Source of the DNA: Malacoraja senta
Lineage: Eukaryota
NCBI GenBank assembly: GCA_038087875.1
Contig: CM075987.1
Coordinates: 16,928,001-16,992,000, forward strand
Length of the DNA: 64,000 nucleotides
Direction of reading: 5' to 3'
Of the stretch, positions 13,101-25,111 are shown one piece after another; the first letter of the stretch is position 1, and the number at the start of each line of letters is the position of its first letter. The notes under the pieces are model-generated. The model ran no database searches. It was not told the DNA's origin and was given only the letters and a program-made list of their open reading frames with translations. A program made the position numbers and the translations under genes.

Positions 13101-14456
13101 TTAAGACCGAGATGAGGAAAAACTTTTTCACACAGAGAGTGGTGAATCTCTGGAACTCTCTGCCACAGAGGGTAGTTGAGGCCAGTTCATTGGCTATATT
13201 TAAGAGGGAATTAGATGTGGCCCTTGTGGCTAAAGGGATCAGGGGGTATGGAGAGAAGGCAGGTACGGGATACTGAGTTGAATGATCAGCCATGATCGTA
13301 TTGAATGGCGGTGCAGGCTCGAAGGGGCGAATGGCCTACTCCTGCACCTATTTTCTATGTATCTATGTATCTATATCGATTCCACATCCTCCAAGCTAAT
13401 GTCCTTCATTTCTATTGCGTTAATCTGCTCTCTAACCAGCAACACTACCCCACCTCCTTTCCCTTTCTGTCTATCCCTCCTGAATATTGAATATCCCTGG
13501 ATGTTCAGCTCCCAGCCTTGGTTACTCTGGAGCCATGTCTCCGTGATCCCAACTATATCATAGTCATTAATAGCTATCTGCACATTCAACTCATCCACCT
13601 TATTACGAATGCTCCTTGCATTGAGACACAAAACCTTCAGGCTTGTTTTTACAACACTCTTACCCCTTATACAATTATGTAGAAAAGTGGCCCTTTTTGA
13701 TTTTTGCCCTGGATTTGTCTGCCTGCCACTTTTACTTTTCACCTTGCTACCTATTGCTTCTACCCTCATTTTACACCCCTCTGTCTCTACGCTCACACAT
13801 TTAAGAAACCCTTTCCCTTTAACTCCATCCTCAACTATCCCATTCGACACCCCACCCCCCTTATTCAGTTTAAAACCACCCGTGTAGCAGTGGCAAACCT
13901 GCCTGCCAGAATGCTGGTCCCCCACCTGTTAAGATGCAATCCGTCCCTTTTGTACAGTTCCCTTTTACTCCAAAACAGATCCCAGTGATCTAAGAATCTA
14001 AATCCCTGCCCCGTGCACCAGTTCCTCAGCCACACATTCAGGTCCCGTATCTCCCTGTTCCTGCTCTCGCCAGCACGAGGAACTGGAAGCAAACCGGAGA
14101 TAACAACCCTGGAGGTCCTGCTTTTCAGCATTTTTCCGAGCTCTCTAAACTCACGCTGCAGAATATTCATACCCTTCTTTCCGACATCGTTTGTGCCGAC
14201 ATGCACTACCACTTCCGGCTATTCACCTTCGCCCTTGAGGATTTTCTGCACTCTGTCCGTGACATCCTGGATCCTGGCACCAGGAAGGCAGCACACCATC
14301 CTCGAATCCCGTCTGTTGCCGCAGAAACCCCTGTCCGTACCTCTCACAGTGGAGTCTCCCACTACAATGGCGTTGCCTGACTTTGGCCTTTTTGGTTTTG
14401 GCTCAACAGCCCTATTCGCATCGCAAGCCAGTCTGCCGCTCAGTGTTAAAACGTCT
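10110..14456 (-). mobile_element. CR1 LINE 'B' (ORF1 esterase part + ORF2 + tail), frameshifted and interrupted
   Basis: ORF1 SGNH-esterase motifs 'GDS', 'HVGTND' and 'DGLHLN'. ORF2 EN/RT motifs present. (tttctatg)n tail at ~10110-10130. Confidence 0.95.
12750..13372 (+). mobile_element. 5'-truncated CR1 inserted antisense into CR1-B (left arm only)
   Basis: RT C-terminus and tail. 4-bp TSD atat (12746-12749, 13373-13376). Empty site gaatcgatatgggtag at ~17331-17346. Confidence 0.9.
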
Positions 14457-16465
14457 AACACTCTGACTCCTAACACCAGATCTCTCTCTGGTTACCCTTT
14501 GTCCCCTTTATGTGCTTATTAAATCTCTTGGGATTAACTTTGATGCTATCTGCCAGAGCTATCTCCTATCCCTTTTGTCCTTCTGATTTCCTTTAGCTTA
14601 CTCCTCCAGGGATGCACGCTCCCAGCTTCCTATAGATTAGACAATAGACAATAGGTGCAGGAGTAGGCCATTCGGCCCTTCGAGCCGGCATTGCCATTCA
14701 GTGTGATCATGGCTGATTGTCCCATGCCTCCTTCTTACTCTTGACCAATGCCTCAATTTCATCATCATCCAGACTTCCTTACGTCTGCCAGCCTTGCCCT
14801 TCACTCTAATTAGAACATACATGTCCTGAACTCTTGTCCTACACTTTTAAATACATCCCACATTCCTGAAGTTCCTTTTCCATCAAATACCCGACTTAAA
14901 TCTACTTGAGCGATCTCCTTTCTCATAGAAACATAGAAAAATAGGTGTAGGGGTTTCAGTCATTCAACCCTTCGAGCCAGCACCACCAATCAATATGATC
15001 ATGGCTGATCATCTAAAATCAGTACGCCGTTCCTGCTTTTTCCCCATATCCCTTGATTCCTTTAGCCGTACGATCAAAATCTAAGCTAAATCTAACTCTC
15101 CCTTGAAAACATCCAGTGAATTGGCCTCCACGGCTTTCGGTGGCAGAGAATTCCACAGATTCACAACTCTCAGGGTGAAAATGTTCTTCCTCATCTCAGT
15201 CCTAAATGGCCTACCCCTTATTCTTAAACTGTGACCCCTGGTTCTGGACTCCCCCAACTGCCCCCTGCATTTAGCCTGTCCAATCCTTTAAGAATGTTAT
15301 ATGATTCTATAAGATCCCTTCTATAAGATCCGGTCTCACCAGGGCCCTGTACAACTGCAGTAGGACCTCCTAGCTGCTAAACTCAAATCCTCTCGCATTG
15401 AAGGCCAACATGCCATTAGCTTTCTTCACTGCCTGCTGTACCTGCATGCTTACTTTCAGAGACTGATGTGCAAGCACACCCAGGTCTTGTTGCACCTCCC
15501 CTTTTCCTAATCTGACACCATTCAGATAATAATCTGCCTTCCTGTTCTTCCCACTAAAGTGGATAACCTCACATTTATCCACATTATAGTGCATCTGCCA
15601 TCTCACCCAACCTATCCAAGTCACCCTGCAGCCTCATAGCATCCTCCTCGCAACTCATACTGCAACCCAGCTTTGTGTCATCCGCAAACTTGGAGATGTT
15701 ACATTTAATTCCCTCGTCTAAATATTTAATATATGTTGCAAATAACTGGGGTCCCAACATGGAGCCTTGTGGCACCCCACTAGTCAATGCCTGCCATTCT
15801 CAAAAGGACCCGTTAATTCCTACTCTTTGCTTCCTGTCTGCCAACCAGTTCTCTATCCACGTCAATACCCTACCCCCAATACCATGTGTTCTCCCTTATC
15901 CATTCTACTTGTTACATCCTCAAAAAATCCCAGAAGATTAGTAAAGCATGATTTCCCCTTCGTAAATCCATGCTGACTTTGTCACTGCTTTCCAAATCTG
16001 CTGCAATAACATCTTTAACAATTGACTCAAGTATCTTCCCCACCACCGATGTAAGATTAACACTGGAAAATAATCATCAATGCATCCACAATTTCTAGGG
16101 CCACCTCCTTGACTACTCTCGGATGCAGGCCATCAGCCCCTGGGGATTTATCTGTCTTCAGTCCCAACAGTTTACCTAACACCATTTCCTGACCAATGTG
16201 AATTCTCTTCAGTTCCTCCCTCCCATTAGATCCTCGGTCACCTAGATTTTCTGGGAGATTGTTGTGTCTTCCTTAGTGAAGACAAAACCAAAGTACTTGT
16301 TTAACTGTGCTGCCATTTCCTTGTTTCCCATTATAAATTCATGTTCCCATTATAAATGTCTCTGATAGTAAGGGACCTACATTTGTCTTCACTAATTCTT
16401 TCCTTTTTACTTATCTAAAGAAGCTTTTAGAGTCAGTTTTTATATTCGCCACAAGCTTTCTCATA
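14457..16465 (-). mobile_element. Mosaic of degraded CR1 fragments (spacer of the inverted duplication)
   Basis: Fragmented RT peptides 'GVPQGSMLGP' and 'FADDTK'. CR1 3' tails at ~14637 and ~14925. Confidence 0.8.
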
Positions 16466-19418
16466 CCTTCAAAGACCCTATCCATAACAAGCGAGTGGAT
16501 GACCTCAGGTTTGACCTCGACAAGTCCTACAGTAAGATTGTTACACCTAAGGTACTGGAAGAGAGAAGGTGGGAGACAGTGAGAAAGGGAGGGAAGCATG
16601 GAATGAAAACGTCCCCGGGTGTTGTACCTCTTGTGAACAGGTTCGCCCACTTAGAAGCTGTCGGGACAGAAGACGTTTTAACACTGAGCGGCAGACTGGC
16701 TTGCGATGCGAATAGGGCTGTTGAGCCAAAACCAAAAAGGCCAAAGTCAGGCAACGCCATTGTAGTGGGAGACTCCATTGTGAGAGGTACGGACAGGGGT
16801 TTCTGCGGCAACAGACGGGATTCGAGGATGGTGTGCTGCCTTCCTGGTGCCAGGATCCAGGATGTCACGGACAGAGTGCAGAAAATCCTCAAGGGCGAAG
16901 GTGAACAGCCGGAACTGGTAGTGCATGTCGGCACAAACCATGTCGGAAAGAAGGGGATGAATATTCTGCAGTGTGAGTTTAGAGAGCTCGGAAAAATGCT
17001 GAAAAGCAGGACCTCCAAGGTTGTTATCTCCGGTTTGCTTCCAGTTCCTCGTGCTGGCGAGAGCAGGAACAGGGAGATACGGGACCTGAATGTGTGGCTG
17101 AGGAACTGGTGCACGGGGATGAGTTGAATGTGCAGATAGCTATTAATGACTATGATATAGTTGGGATCACGGAGACATGGCTCCAGAGTAACCAAGGCTG
17201 GGAGCTGAACATCCAGGGATATTCAATATTCAGGAGGGATAGACAGAAAGGGAAAGGAGGTGGGGTAGTGTTGCTGGTTAGAGAGCAGATTAACGCAATA
17301 GAAATGAAGGACATTAGCTTGGAGGATGTGGAATCGATATGGGTAGAGCTGCGAAACACTGAGGGGCAGAAAACACTAGTGGGAGTTGTGTACAGGCCAC
17401 CTAACAGTAGTAGTGGAGTTGGGGATGGCATCAAACAGGAAATTAGAAATGCGTGCAACAAAGGTAAAACAGTTATAATGGGTGACTTCAATCTACATAT
17501 AGGTTGGGTGAATCAAATTGGCAAGGGTGCTGAGGAAGAGGATTTCTTGGAATGTATGCGGGATAGTTTTCTAAACCAACATGTAGAGGAACCAACGAGA
17601 GAGCAGGCTATTCTAGATTGGGTATTGAGTAATGAGGAAGGGTTAGTTAGCAGTCTTGTTGTGCGTGGTCCCTTGGGCAAGAGTGACCATAATATGGTTG
17701 AGTTCTTCATTAGGATGGAGAGTGACATTGTTAATTCAGAAACAAGGTTCCTGAACTTAAAGAAAGGTAACTTTGAGGGTATGAGAAGTGAATTGGCCAA
17801 GATAGACTGGCAATTGATTCTTAATGGGTTGACGGTAGATATGCAATGGAAGGCATTTAAAGACTGCATGGATGAAATACAACAATTGTTCATCCCAGTT
17901 TGGCAAAAAAAATAATCAGGGAAGGTAGTGCATCCATGGATAACGAGGGAAATCAGAGATAGTATCAAAACAAAAGATGAAGCGTACAAATTAGCCAGAA
18001 AAGGCAGCCTACCAGAGGACTGGGAGAAATTCAGAGTCCAGCAGAGGAGGACAAAGGGCTTAATTAGGAAAGGGAAAATAGATTATGAAAGAAAACTGGC
18101 AGGGAACATAAAAACTGACTGCAAAAGCTTTTATAGATATGTGAAGAGCAAAGGATTAGTTAAAACAAATGTAGGTCCCTTGCAGTCAGAAACAGGTGAA
18201 TTGATCATGGGGAACAAGGACATGGCAGACCAATTGAATAACTACTTTGGTTCTGTCTTCACTAAGGAAGACATAAATAATTTGCCGGAAATAGCAGGGG
18301 ACCGGGGGTCAAATGAGATGGAGGAACTGAGTGAAATCCAGGTTAGCCGGGAAGTGGTGTTAGGTAAATTGAATGGATTAAAGGCCGATAAATCCCCAGG
18401 GCCAGATAGGCTGCATCCCAGAGTACTTAAGGAAGTAGCCCCAGAAATAGTGGATGCATTAGTGATAATTTTTCAAAACTCTTTAGATTCTGGAGTAGTT
18501 CCTGAGGATTGTAGGGTAGCAAAAGTAACCCCACTTTTTAAGAAGGGAGGGAGAGAGAAAACAGGGAATTACAGACCAGTTAGTCTAACATCGGTAGTGG
18601 GGAAACTGCTAGAGTCAGTTATTAAAGATGGGATAGCAGCACATTTGGAAAGTGGTGAAATCATTGGACAAAGTCAGCATGGATTTACGAAAGGTAAATC
18701 ATGTCTGACGAATCTTATAGAATTTTTCGAGGATGTAACTAGTAGAGTGGATAGGGGAGAACCAGTGGATGTGTTATATCTGGACTTTCAGAAGGCTTTC
18801 GACAAAGTCCCACATAAGAGATTAGTATACAAACTTAAAGCACACGGTATTGGGGGTTCAGTATTGCTGCCTTGAGTTGCTGCCTTAAAGCACCACAGAC
18901 CCAGATTTGATCCTGACTATGGGTGCTGTCTGTACAGAATTTGTACATTCTCCCTATGACTTTCATATGAAGAAAGACTGGATAGACTCGGTTTGTACTC
19001 GCTAGAATTTAGAAGATTGAGGGGGGATCTTATAGAAACGTACAAAATTCTTAAGGGGTTGGACAGGCTAGATGCAGGAAGATTGTTCCCGATGTTGGGG
19101 AAGTCCATAACAAGGGGTCACAGTTTAAGGATAAGGGGGAAATCTTTTAGGACCGAGATGAGGAAAACATTTTTCACACAGAGAGTGGTGAATCTCTGGA
19201 ATTCTCTGCCACAGAAGGTAGTTGAGGCCAGTTCACTGGCTATATTTAAGAGGGAGTTAGATGTGGCCCTTGTGGCTAAAGGGATCAGGGGGTATGGAGA
19301 GAAAGCAGGTACAGGATACTGAGTTGGATGAGCAGCCATGATCATATTGAATGGCGGTGCAGACTTGAAGGGCCGAATAGCCTACTCCTGCACCTATTTT
19401 CTATGTTTCTATGTTTCT
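16465..19418 (+). mobile_element. CR1-B duplicate with longer ORF1, a 414-bp deletion of the ORF1/ORF2 junction and a 647-bp RT deletion
   Basis: Direct comparison with 10110-14456. Confidence 0.92.
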
Positions 19419-19451
19419 ATAACTATCTTAAACCTCATAGTCGACCGCTTT

Positions 19452-20040
19452 GATTCCTGCTGTTCCAGGTGTGGACTCTTGTATATCGGTGAGTCCAAGC
19501 GCAGGCTCGGTGATCGTTTCGCTGAACACCTCTGCTCAGCCTGCCTAAACCTACCTAATCTGCCGGTTGCTAAACACTTAAACTCCCCCTCCCATTCCCA
19601 CACCGACCTTTCTGCCTTGGGCTTCCTCCATTCAGAGTGATGCCCAGCGTAAATTGGAGGAACAGCACCTCATCTTTCGCTTGGGCAGCTTACACCCCAG
19701 CAGTAGAATACTGACTTCTCTAACTTAAAGTAACCCTTGCTTTCCCTCTCTCTCCATCCCTCGCCCATCCTAGTTCTCCGACCAGTCGGACTGACCCCGA
19801 CTACATTTTGTCTCTGTTTGCTTTGTTTTCACCTTCTCCTAGCTAACAATGATCTATTCTACATTTTCCTTGAGCTCTATCTCTTTTGATGTTTCGTTTT
19901 CACACGTTTCCCTTCCTTATATCCGTGTCTTCCTCCACCCTGACTCTCAGTCTGAAGGGTTTTGACCCGAAACATGACTACTTACTTCTATCCAGAGATG
20001 CTGACTGTCCCGTGAAGTTACTCAAGCATTTTGTGTTCAC
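19452..20040 (+). mobile_element. Duplicate Penelope-like GIY-YIG fragment (right arm)
   Basis: Mirror of 9490-10078. Confidence 0.85.
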
Positions 20041-21549
20041 CTTCTCTTTTTCCCTTAATGTGTTCATAGCATTTTTTGGGATTATCTTTAATATTATCTG
20101 CCAGAGCAATCTCCTTGTTTTCCTCCTGATTTCCTTTTTTAAATGTGCTTCTTTTTTCCCCGAAACTCCTCCAGGGATACAAAAACCCAGCGGCCTGAAT
20201 CTGTCCCATGCCTCCTATTTATTCTTGGCCAGAGCCTCAATTTCTCTCCTTATCCAAGCCTCCATATGCCCACCTGCTTTGCCTTTCACTCTAACAGGGA
20301 CATGCATGCCCTGAACTCTTGTCACACTTTTAAACAAACATCCCACTTTCCTGACGCTCCTTTTCCTTCAGAAGACCTGCTCCAATCAACTTGAGTGAGT
20401 TCCTGTCGAATAACTTCAAAGTTGGCCTTGCCCCAATTTAGAATTGTAACTCGTGGGCCCGCCTTGTCTATATCCATAAGTATCTTAAACCTGATAGTGG
20501 TCACTGGTCCCAAAAGGCTCATCCCCTCCCAATGTCCTAGGACTAGATCAGCACTGTTTCAGTGCTGTGTAGCTCCAACCCTGTAATGTCAACAATGCCT
20601 TGTACAGTTGTATCATGACGTCCCAACGCTTTTATCAGTGTCCTGACCGATGGAGGCAAGTGTGCCTTTGTCACCACCCTGTCCAGTTGTGTCGCCACAT
20701 TCAGAGAAATCCATACCCCTAGGTGTCTCTGTTTCACAATATCCTCCAGGGCCCTGCCATCTAAGCCCTGTCGTGAATTTAATTAGTAATCTGTAGGTCA
20801 TGAGTCTTCACTACCCTGACAGCACTGATATTTGCATAATTTAGTCTTTCTTAGTCCACCTTGTCATTGGCCTTCCCTTTGTTCCCTCGACACCATCTCT
20901 TGCTTTCATCTTAAAACTTGATCTTTTTGAACTTCTGGATATGCTGGAAGATCATCGTCTCCACAACTGTTGCTGAGCTGAGGAACATTTGCAATGCTTC
21001 TATTTTTATTGAAGCTTTTATATTCATGTTAAAAATAAAACATTGACCCCAGATTCTTTTTGGGATCGCCACCATCACAGATATATCCCACCATTATAGA
21101 TTTGCTTCACATAATATTGGGACCTGGTATTGAATCCAGCAGTGACTATGGGACCAGACAACAGTCTCAACTTCAGACGGCCATGCCTCGAGCCAAGCTG
21201 TTCCAGCACAGTTACAACACCAGCACTCATTCGGCAAGAAGAAAATGGCCCAGGGGTGCCCTGTCCACACCCAATGCATCTAATATTGTCCACACACAGA
21301 GTGCTGTAGGAACTCAGCGGGCCAGGCAGCATCGCTGGAGAGCATGGATATGTGACTCCTCTCCTCTCCTTATGTCACCCTTTTGTCTTCTCTTCATCTG
21401 CTGACTTTGTCCACCTATCTGCCAATCAAACCTCCCTCACCTGTATCCACCTATCATTTGCCAGGCTTTTGGCCATGGGTAGGATAGGTTTTGGTGTCAG
21501 GACCCTTCTTCAGACTAATTGTAGTAGGAGTGAGAAAGCTGGCAAATGA

Positions 21550-23480
21550 GTGAGAGGGAGAAGGAAACATCGCAAGTGTCGGTATTACAGTTGAGCAAAG
21601 GGGACTATGAAGCCATGAGGGAGGAGCTGGCCAAAGTTGACTGGAAAGAGACCCTAGCAGGGATGACAGTGGAACAACAATGGCAGGTATTTCTGGGAAT
21701 AATACAGAAGGTGCAGGATCAGTTAATTCCAAAGAGGAAGAAGGATTCTAAGGGGAGTAAGAGGCAACTGTGGCTGACAAGGGAAGTCAGGGACAGTATA
21801 AAAATAAAAGAGAAGAAGTATAACATAGCAAAGATGAGCGGGAAGCCAGAGGATTGGGAAACTTTTAAAGAGCAACAGAAAATAACTAAAAAGGCAATAA
21901 GGGGAGAAAAGATAAGGTACGAAGGTAAGCTAGCCAAGAATATAAAGGAGGATAGTAAAAGCTTCTTTAGGTATGTGAAGAGGTAAACAATAGTTAAGAC
22001 AAATGTGGGTCCCTTGAAGACAGGTGAATTTATTATGGGGAACAAGGAAATGGCAGATGAGTTGAACAGGTACTTTGGATCCGTCTTCACAAAGGAGGAC
22101 ACAAACAATCTTCCTGATATAGTAGTGGCCAGAGGATCTGGGGTGACGGAGGAACTGAAGGAAATCCACATTAGGCAGGAAATGGTGTTGGATAGACTGA
22201 TGGGACTGAAGGCTGATAAATCCCCAGGGCCTGATGGTCTGCATCCCAGGGTACTTACATAGATACATAGAAAATAGGTGCAGGAGTAGGCCATTCGGCC
22301 CTTCGAGCCTGCACCGCCATTCAATATGATCATGGCTGATCATCCAACTCAGTATCCCGTACCTGCCTTCTCTCCATACCCCCTGATCCCTTTAGCCACA
22401 AGGGCCACATCTAACACCCTCTTAAATATAGCCAATGAACTGGCCTCAACTACCCTCTGTGGCAGAGAGTTCCAGAGATTCACCACTCTCTGTGTGAAAA
22501 AGTTTTTTCTCATCTCAGTCTTAAAGGATTTCCCCCTTATCCTTAACCTGTGACCCCTTGTCCTGGACTTCCCCAACATCGGGAACAATCTTCCTGCATC
22601 TAGCCTGTCCAACCCCATAAGAATCTTGTAAGTTTCTATAAGATCCCCTCTCAATCTCCTAAATTCTAGCAAGTATAAGCCGAGTCTATCCAGTCTTTCT
22701 TCATATGAAAGTCCTGACATCCCAGGAATCAGTCTGGTGAACCTTCTCTGCACTCCCGCTATGGCTATAATGTCCTTCCTCAGATTTGGAGACCAAAACT
22801 GTACGCAATACTCCAGGTGTGGTCTCACCAAGACCCTGTACAACTGCAGTAGAACCTCCCAGCTCCTATACTCAAATCCTTTTGGTATGAAAGCTAACAT
22901 ACCATTCGCTTTCTTCACTGCCTGCTGCACCTGCATGCCTACTTTCAATGACTGGTGTACCATGACACCCAGGTCTCGCTGCATCTCCCCTTTTCCTAAT
23001 CGGCCACCATTTAGATAATAGTCTGCTTTCCTGTTTTTGCCACCAAAGTGGATAACCTCACATTTATCCATATTATACTGCATCTGCCAAACATTTGCCC
23101 ACTCACCCAGCCTATCTAAGTCACCTTGCAGTCCCCTAGCATCCTCCTCACAGCTAACACTGCCCCCCAGCTTAGTGTCATCCGCAAACTTGGAGATGTT
23201 GCCTTCAATTCCCTCATCCAGTTCATTAATATAAATTGTAAATAGCTGGGGTCCCAGCACTGAGCCTTGCGGTACCCCACTAGTCACTGCCGGCCATTGT
23301 GAAAAGAACCCATTTACTCCTACTCTTTGCTTCCTGTTTGCCAGCCAGTTCTCTATCCACATCAATACTGAACCCCCAATACCGTGTGCTTTAAGTTTGT
23401 ATATTAATCTCTTATGTGGGACCTTGTCGAAAACCTTCTGAAAGTCCAGATACAACACATCCACTGGTTCTCCCCTATCC
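21550..23480. mobile_element. Duplicates of the host CR1 (21550-22256, +) and the CR1-A 3' half (22257-23480, -)
   Basis: Mirror of 5943-7980. Uninterrupted RT C-terminal frame from ~23480 to 22349. Confidence 0.92.
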
Positions 23481-24120
23481 CATTTTATTCCATCCACTTC
23501 ACTGCTCCCCTCACACTAATCCAGGATAATGCAATGGCTTTTTCATGTTCATAAATCATAGGGCCACGTGGTTCACAACTATGGCTCTGCCTGACGTCGG
23601 TCTCTCTGGTCGAGGCTCTGCGCCAGGATTCGAGTCACAGACCTGTCCGCCGCTCAGACAGGAAGTGTCATAGGACATAAAGTGGTCATACGTGATAGAC
23701 CATTTGGCCCATCAAGTCTACTCTCCCATTCAATCATGACTGATCTATCTTTCCCTCTCAACCCCATTCCCCTGCCTTCTCCCCATGACCTTTGACATCC
23801 TTACTAATCAAGTGTCTGACAATCTCCGCTTTAAAAATACCCAAAGACTTGGCTTCCACAGTCATCTGTTATTAACGTCCACTACTTCTTCATCAAAGTC
23901 AACTTGCTGACTGCACTTGTTGAATTCTCAGTGGTTGACAACTTTCAATCATTCTCTAATATACCAAAAAGGAGTATGTCACTGCCAGAGCAGATCAGGC
24001 AACAGGGACATTATGCTAGTGAGACTGATCAGCCCTCAATAACCTGCAGCCACACTAGTGATCGATGCGGCCATGCCATCGATAAGTCACAAGGCTTGTG
24101 TTTTGTGCTTTTTATAGCAG

Positions 24121-24186
24121 TTGTTAAAAGTGGTTCCAGTTCAAGGAAGAAGAATGCTAAGACAACAACTGCAAGTCCAGGCAGAG
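24121..24186 (+). CDS. Candidate host-gene exon (66 bp, phase 1-1): VKSGSSSRKKNAKTTTASPGR
   Basis: Acceptor ttttgtgctttttatagcag| and donor gag|gtaagg. Non-repetitive island with an open frame. Confidence 0.55.
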
Positions 24187-24864
24187 GTAAGGAGACAGGT
24201 CTGATGATAATGTGGACTTCAGTCATCCTAACATAGAATGGGGCTGGCGGGGGGGGGGGGGGGAGGGGGGTGTGGGCAGGAGGGTGGGTGGAGAGATGAG
24301 AAGTAGTTCCTGAAATGCACACAAGAAAGCTTCTTGATCGCTACATGTCCTTCCCAACAAGAACAGTTGTGGTCTGGATATGGTTCTGAAGAAAGAAATC
24401 AATGATTGTGGATCACAATGTCATTAGGTTTAGAATAGTTATGGAAAAGGTCAGAAGTCTAAGGTATTGAGGGAGACTGCATTGGAGGAGTGCTGCTGTC
24501 GGGGTTCGAATGCGTGAATTGAAGCAGCAATAAATAAGCACTGGCAGGCCGTTAAGGAGATGATGCAGAGACTGGTAATGCACACATCGATGTTCGACAC
24601 AGCAAAGGATATTGACATAGCTTTAGATGCTTCGTTGAGCAATAAAAGACCTAAGAAACAGTAACTATTGCACATCTAAATATTAAAAGGATAAACAAGG
24701 AAACAGTGTGGCAAATAATGGACCGAATGATCATCTTAGGAAAGGTACGAGACATGGTTGAGATAATAAACGAGGAGTTTTCACCTTTTTGTCATTGGAT
24801 GAGAGAATGCTGCAAATATCACAATAAAATTGGATTGAATAAAAATAAGGAAAAGGTAACGAGC

Positions 24865-25111
24865 TGGCAGCATTCGATGTAGAATGGTCCTCCATGGCAG
24901 CATTCGATGTAGAATGGTCCTCCGTGGCAGCATTCGATGTAGAATGGTCCTCCATGGCAGCATTCGATGTAGAATGGTCCTCCGTGGCAGCATTCGATGT
25001 AGAATGGTCCTCCGTGGCAGCATTCGATGTAGAATGGTCCTCCGTGGCAGCATTCGATGTAGAATGGTCCTCCGTGGCAGCATTCGATGTAGAATGGTCC
25101 TCCATGGCAGC
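24865..25111. repeat. 30-bp minisatellite, 8 copies: tggcagcattcgatgtagaatggtcctcc(a/g)
   Basis: Perfect tandem copies differing only at one A/G position. Confidence 0.98.

Larger units (their letters stand above)
5943..14456. repeat. Left arm of large inverted duplication
   Basis: Reverse complement of 16671-23480. Coordinate sum is 29530 over 6582-10572, and the ORF track shows mirrored identical ORFs. Confidence 0.97.
16671..23480. repeat. Right arm of large inverted duplication
   Basis: Mirrors 5943-14456. Lacks two insertions present in the left arm and carries two deletions of its own. Confidence 0.97.

Noticed and set aside
5943..23480. Giant TIR transposon (Polinton/foldback) interpretation of the inverted arms
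   Set aside because: Arms consist of ordinary nested retroelements cut mid-ORF; there is no TSD and no transposase or integrase in the spacer.
24440..24665. Coding-looking stretch (IEAAINKHWQAVKEMMQRL…)
   Set aside because: Interrupted by a stop, with no recognisable homology or splice boundaries.
24865..25111. CRISPR-like 30-bp repeats
   Set aside because: Head-to-tail tandem copies with no unique spacers, no cas genes and a eukaryotic context.
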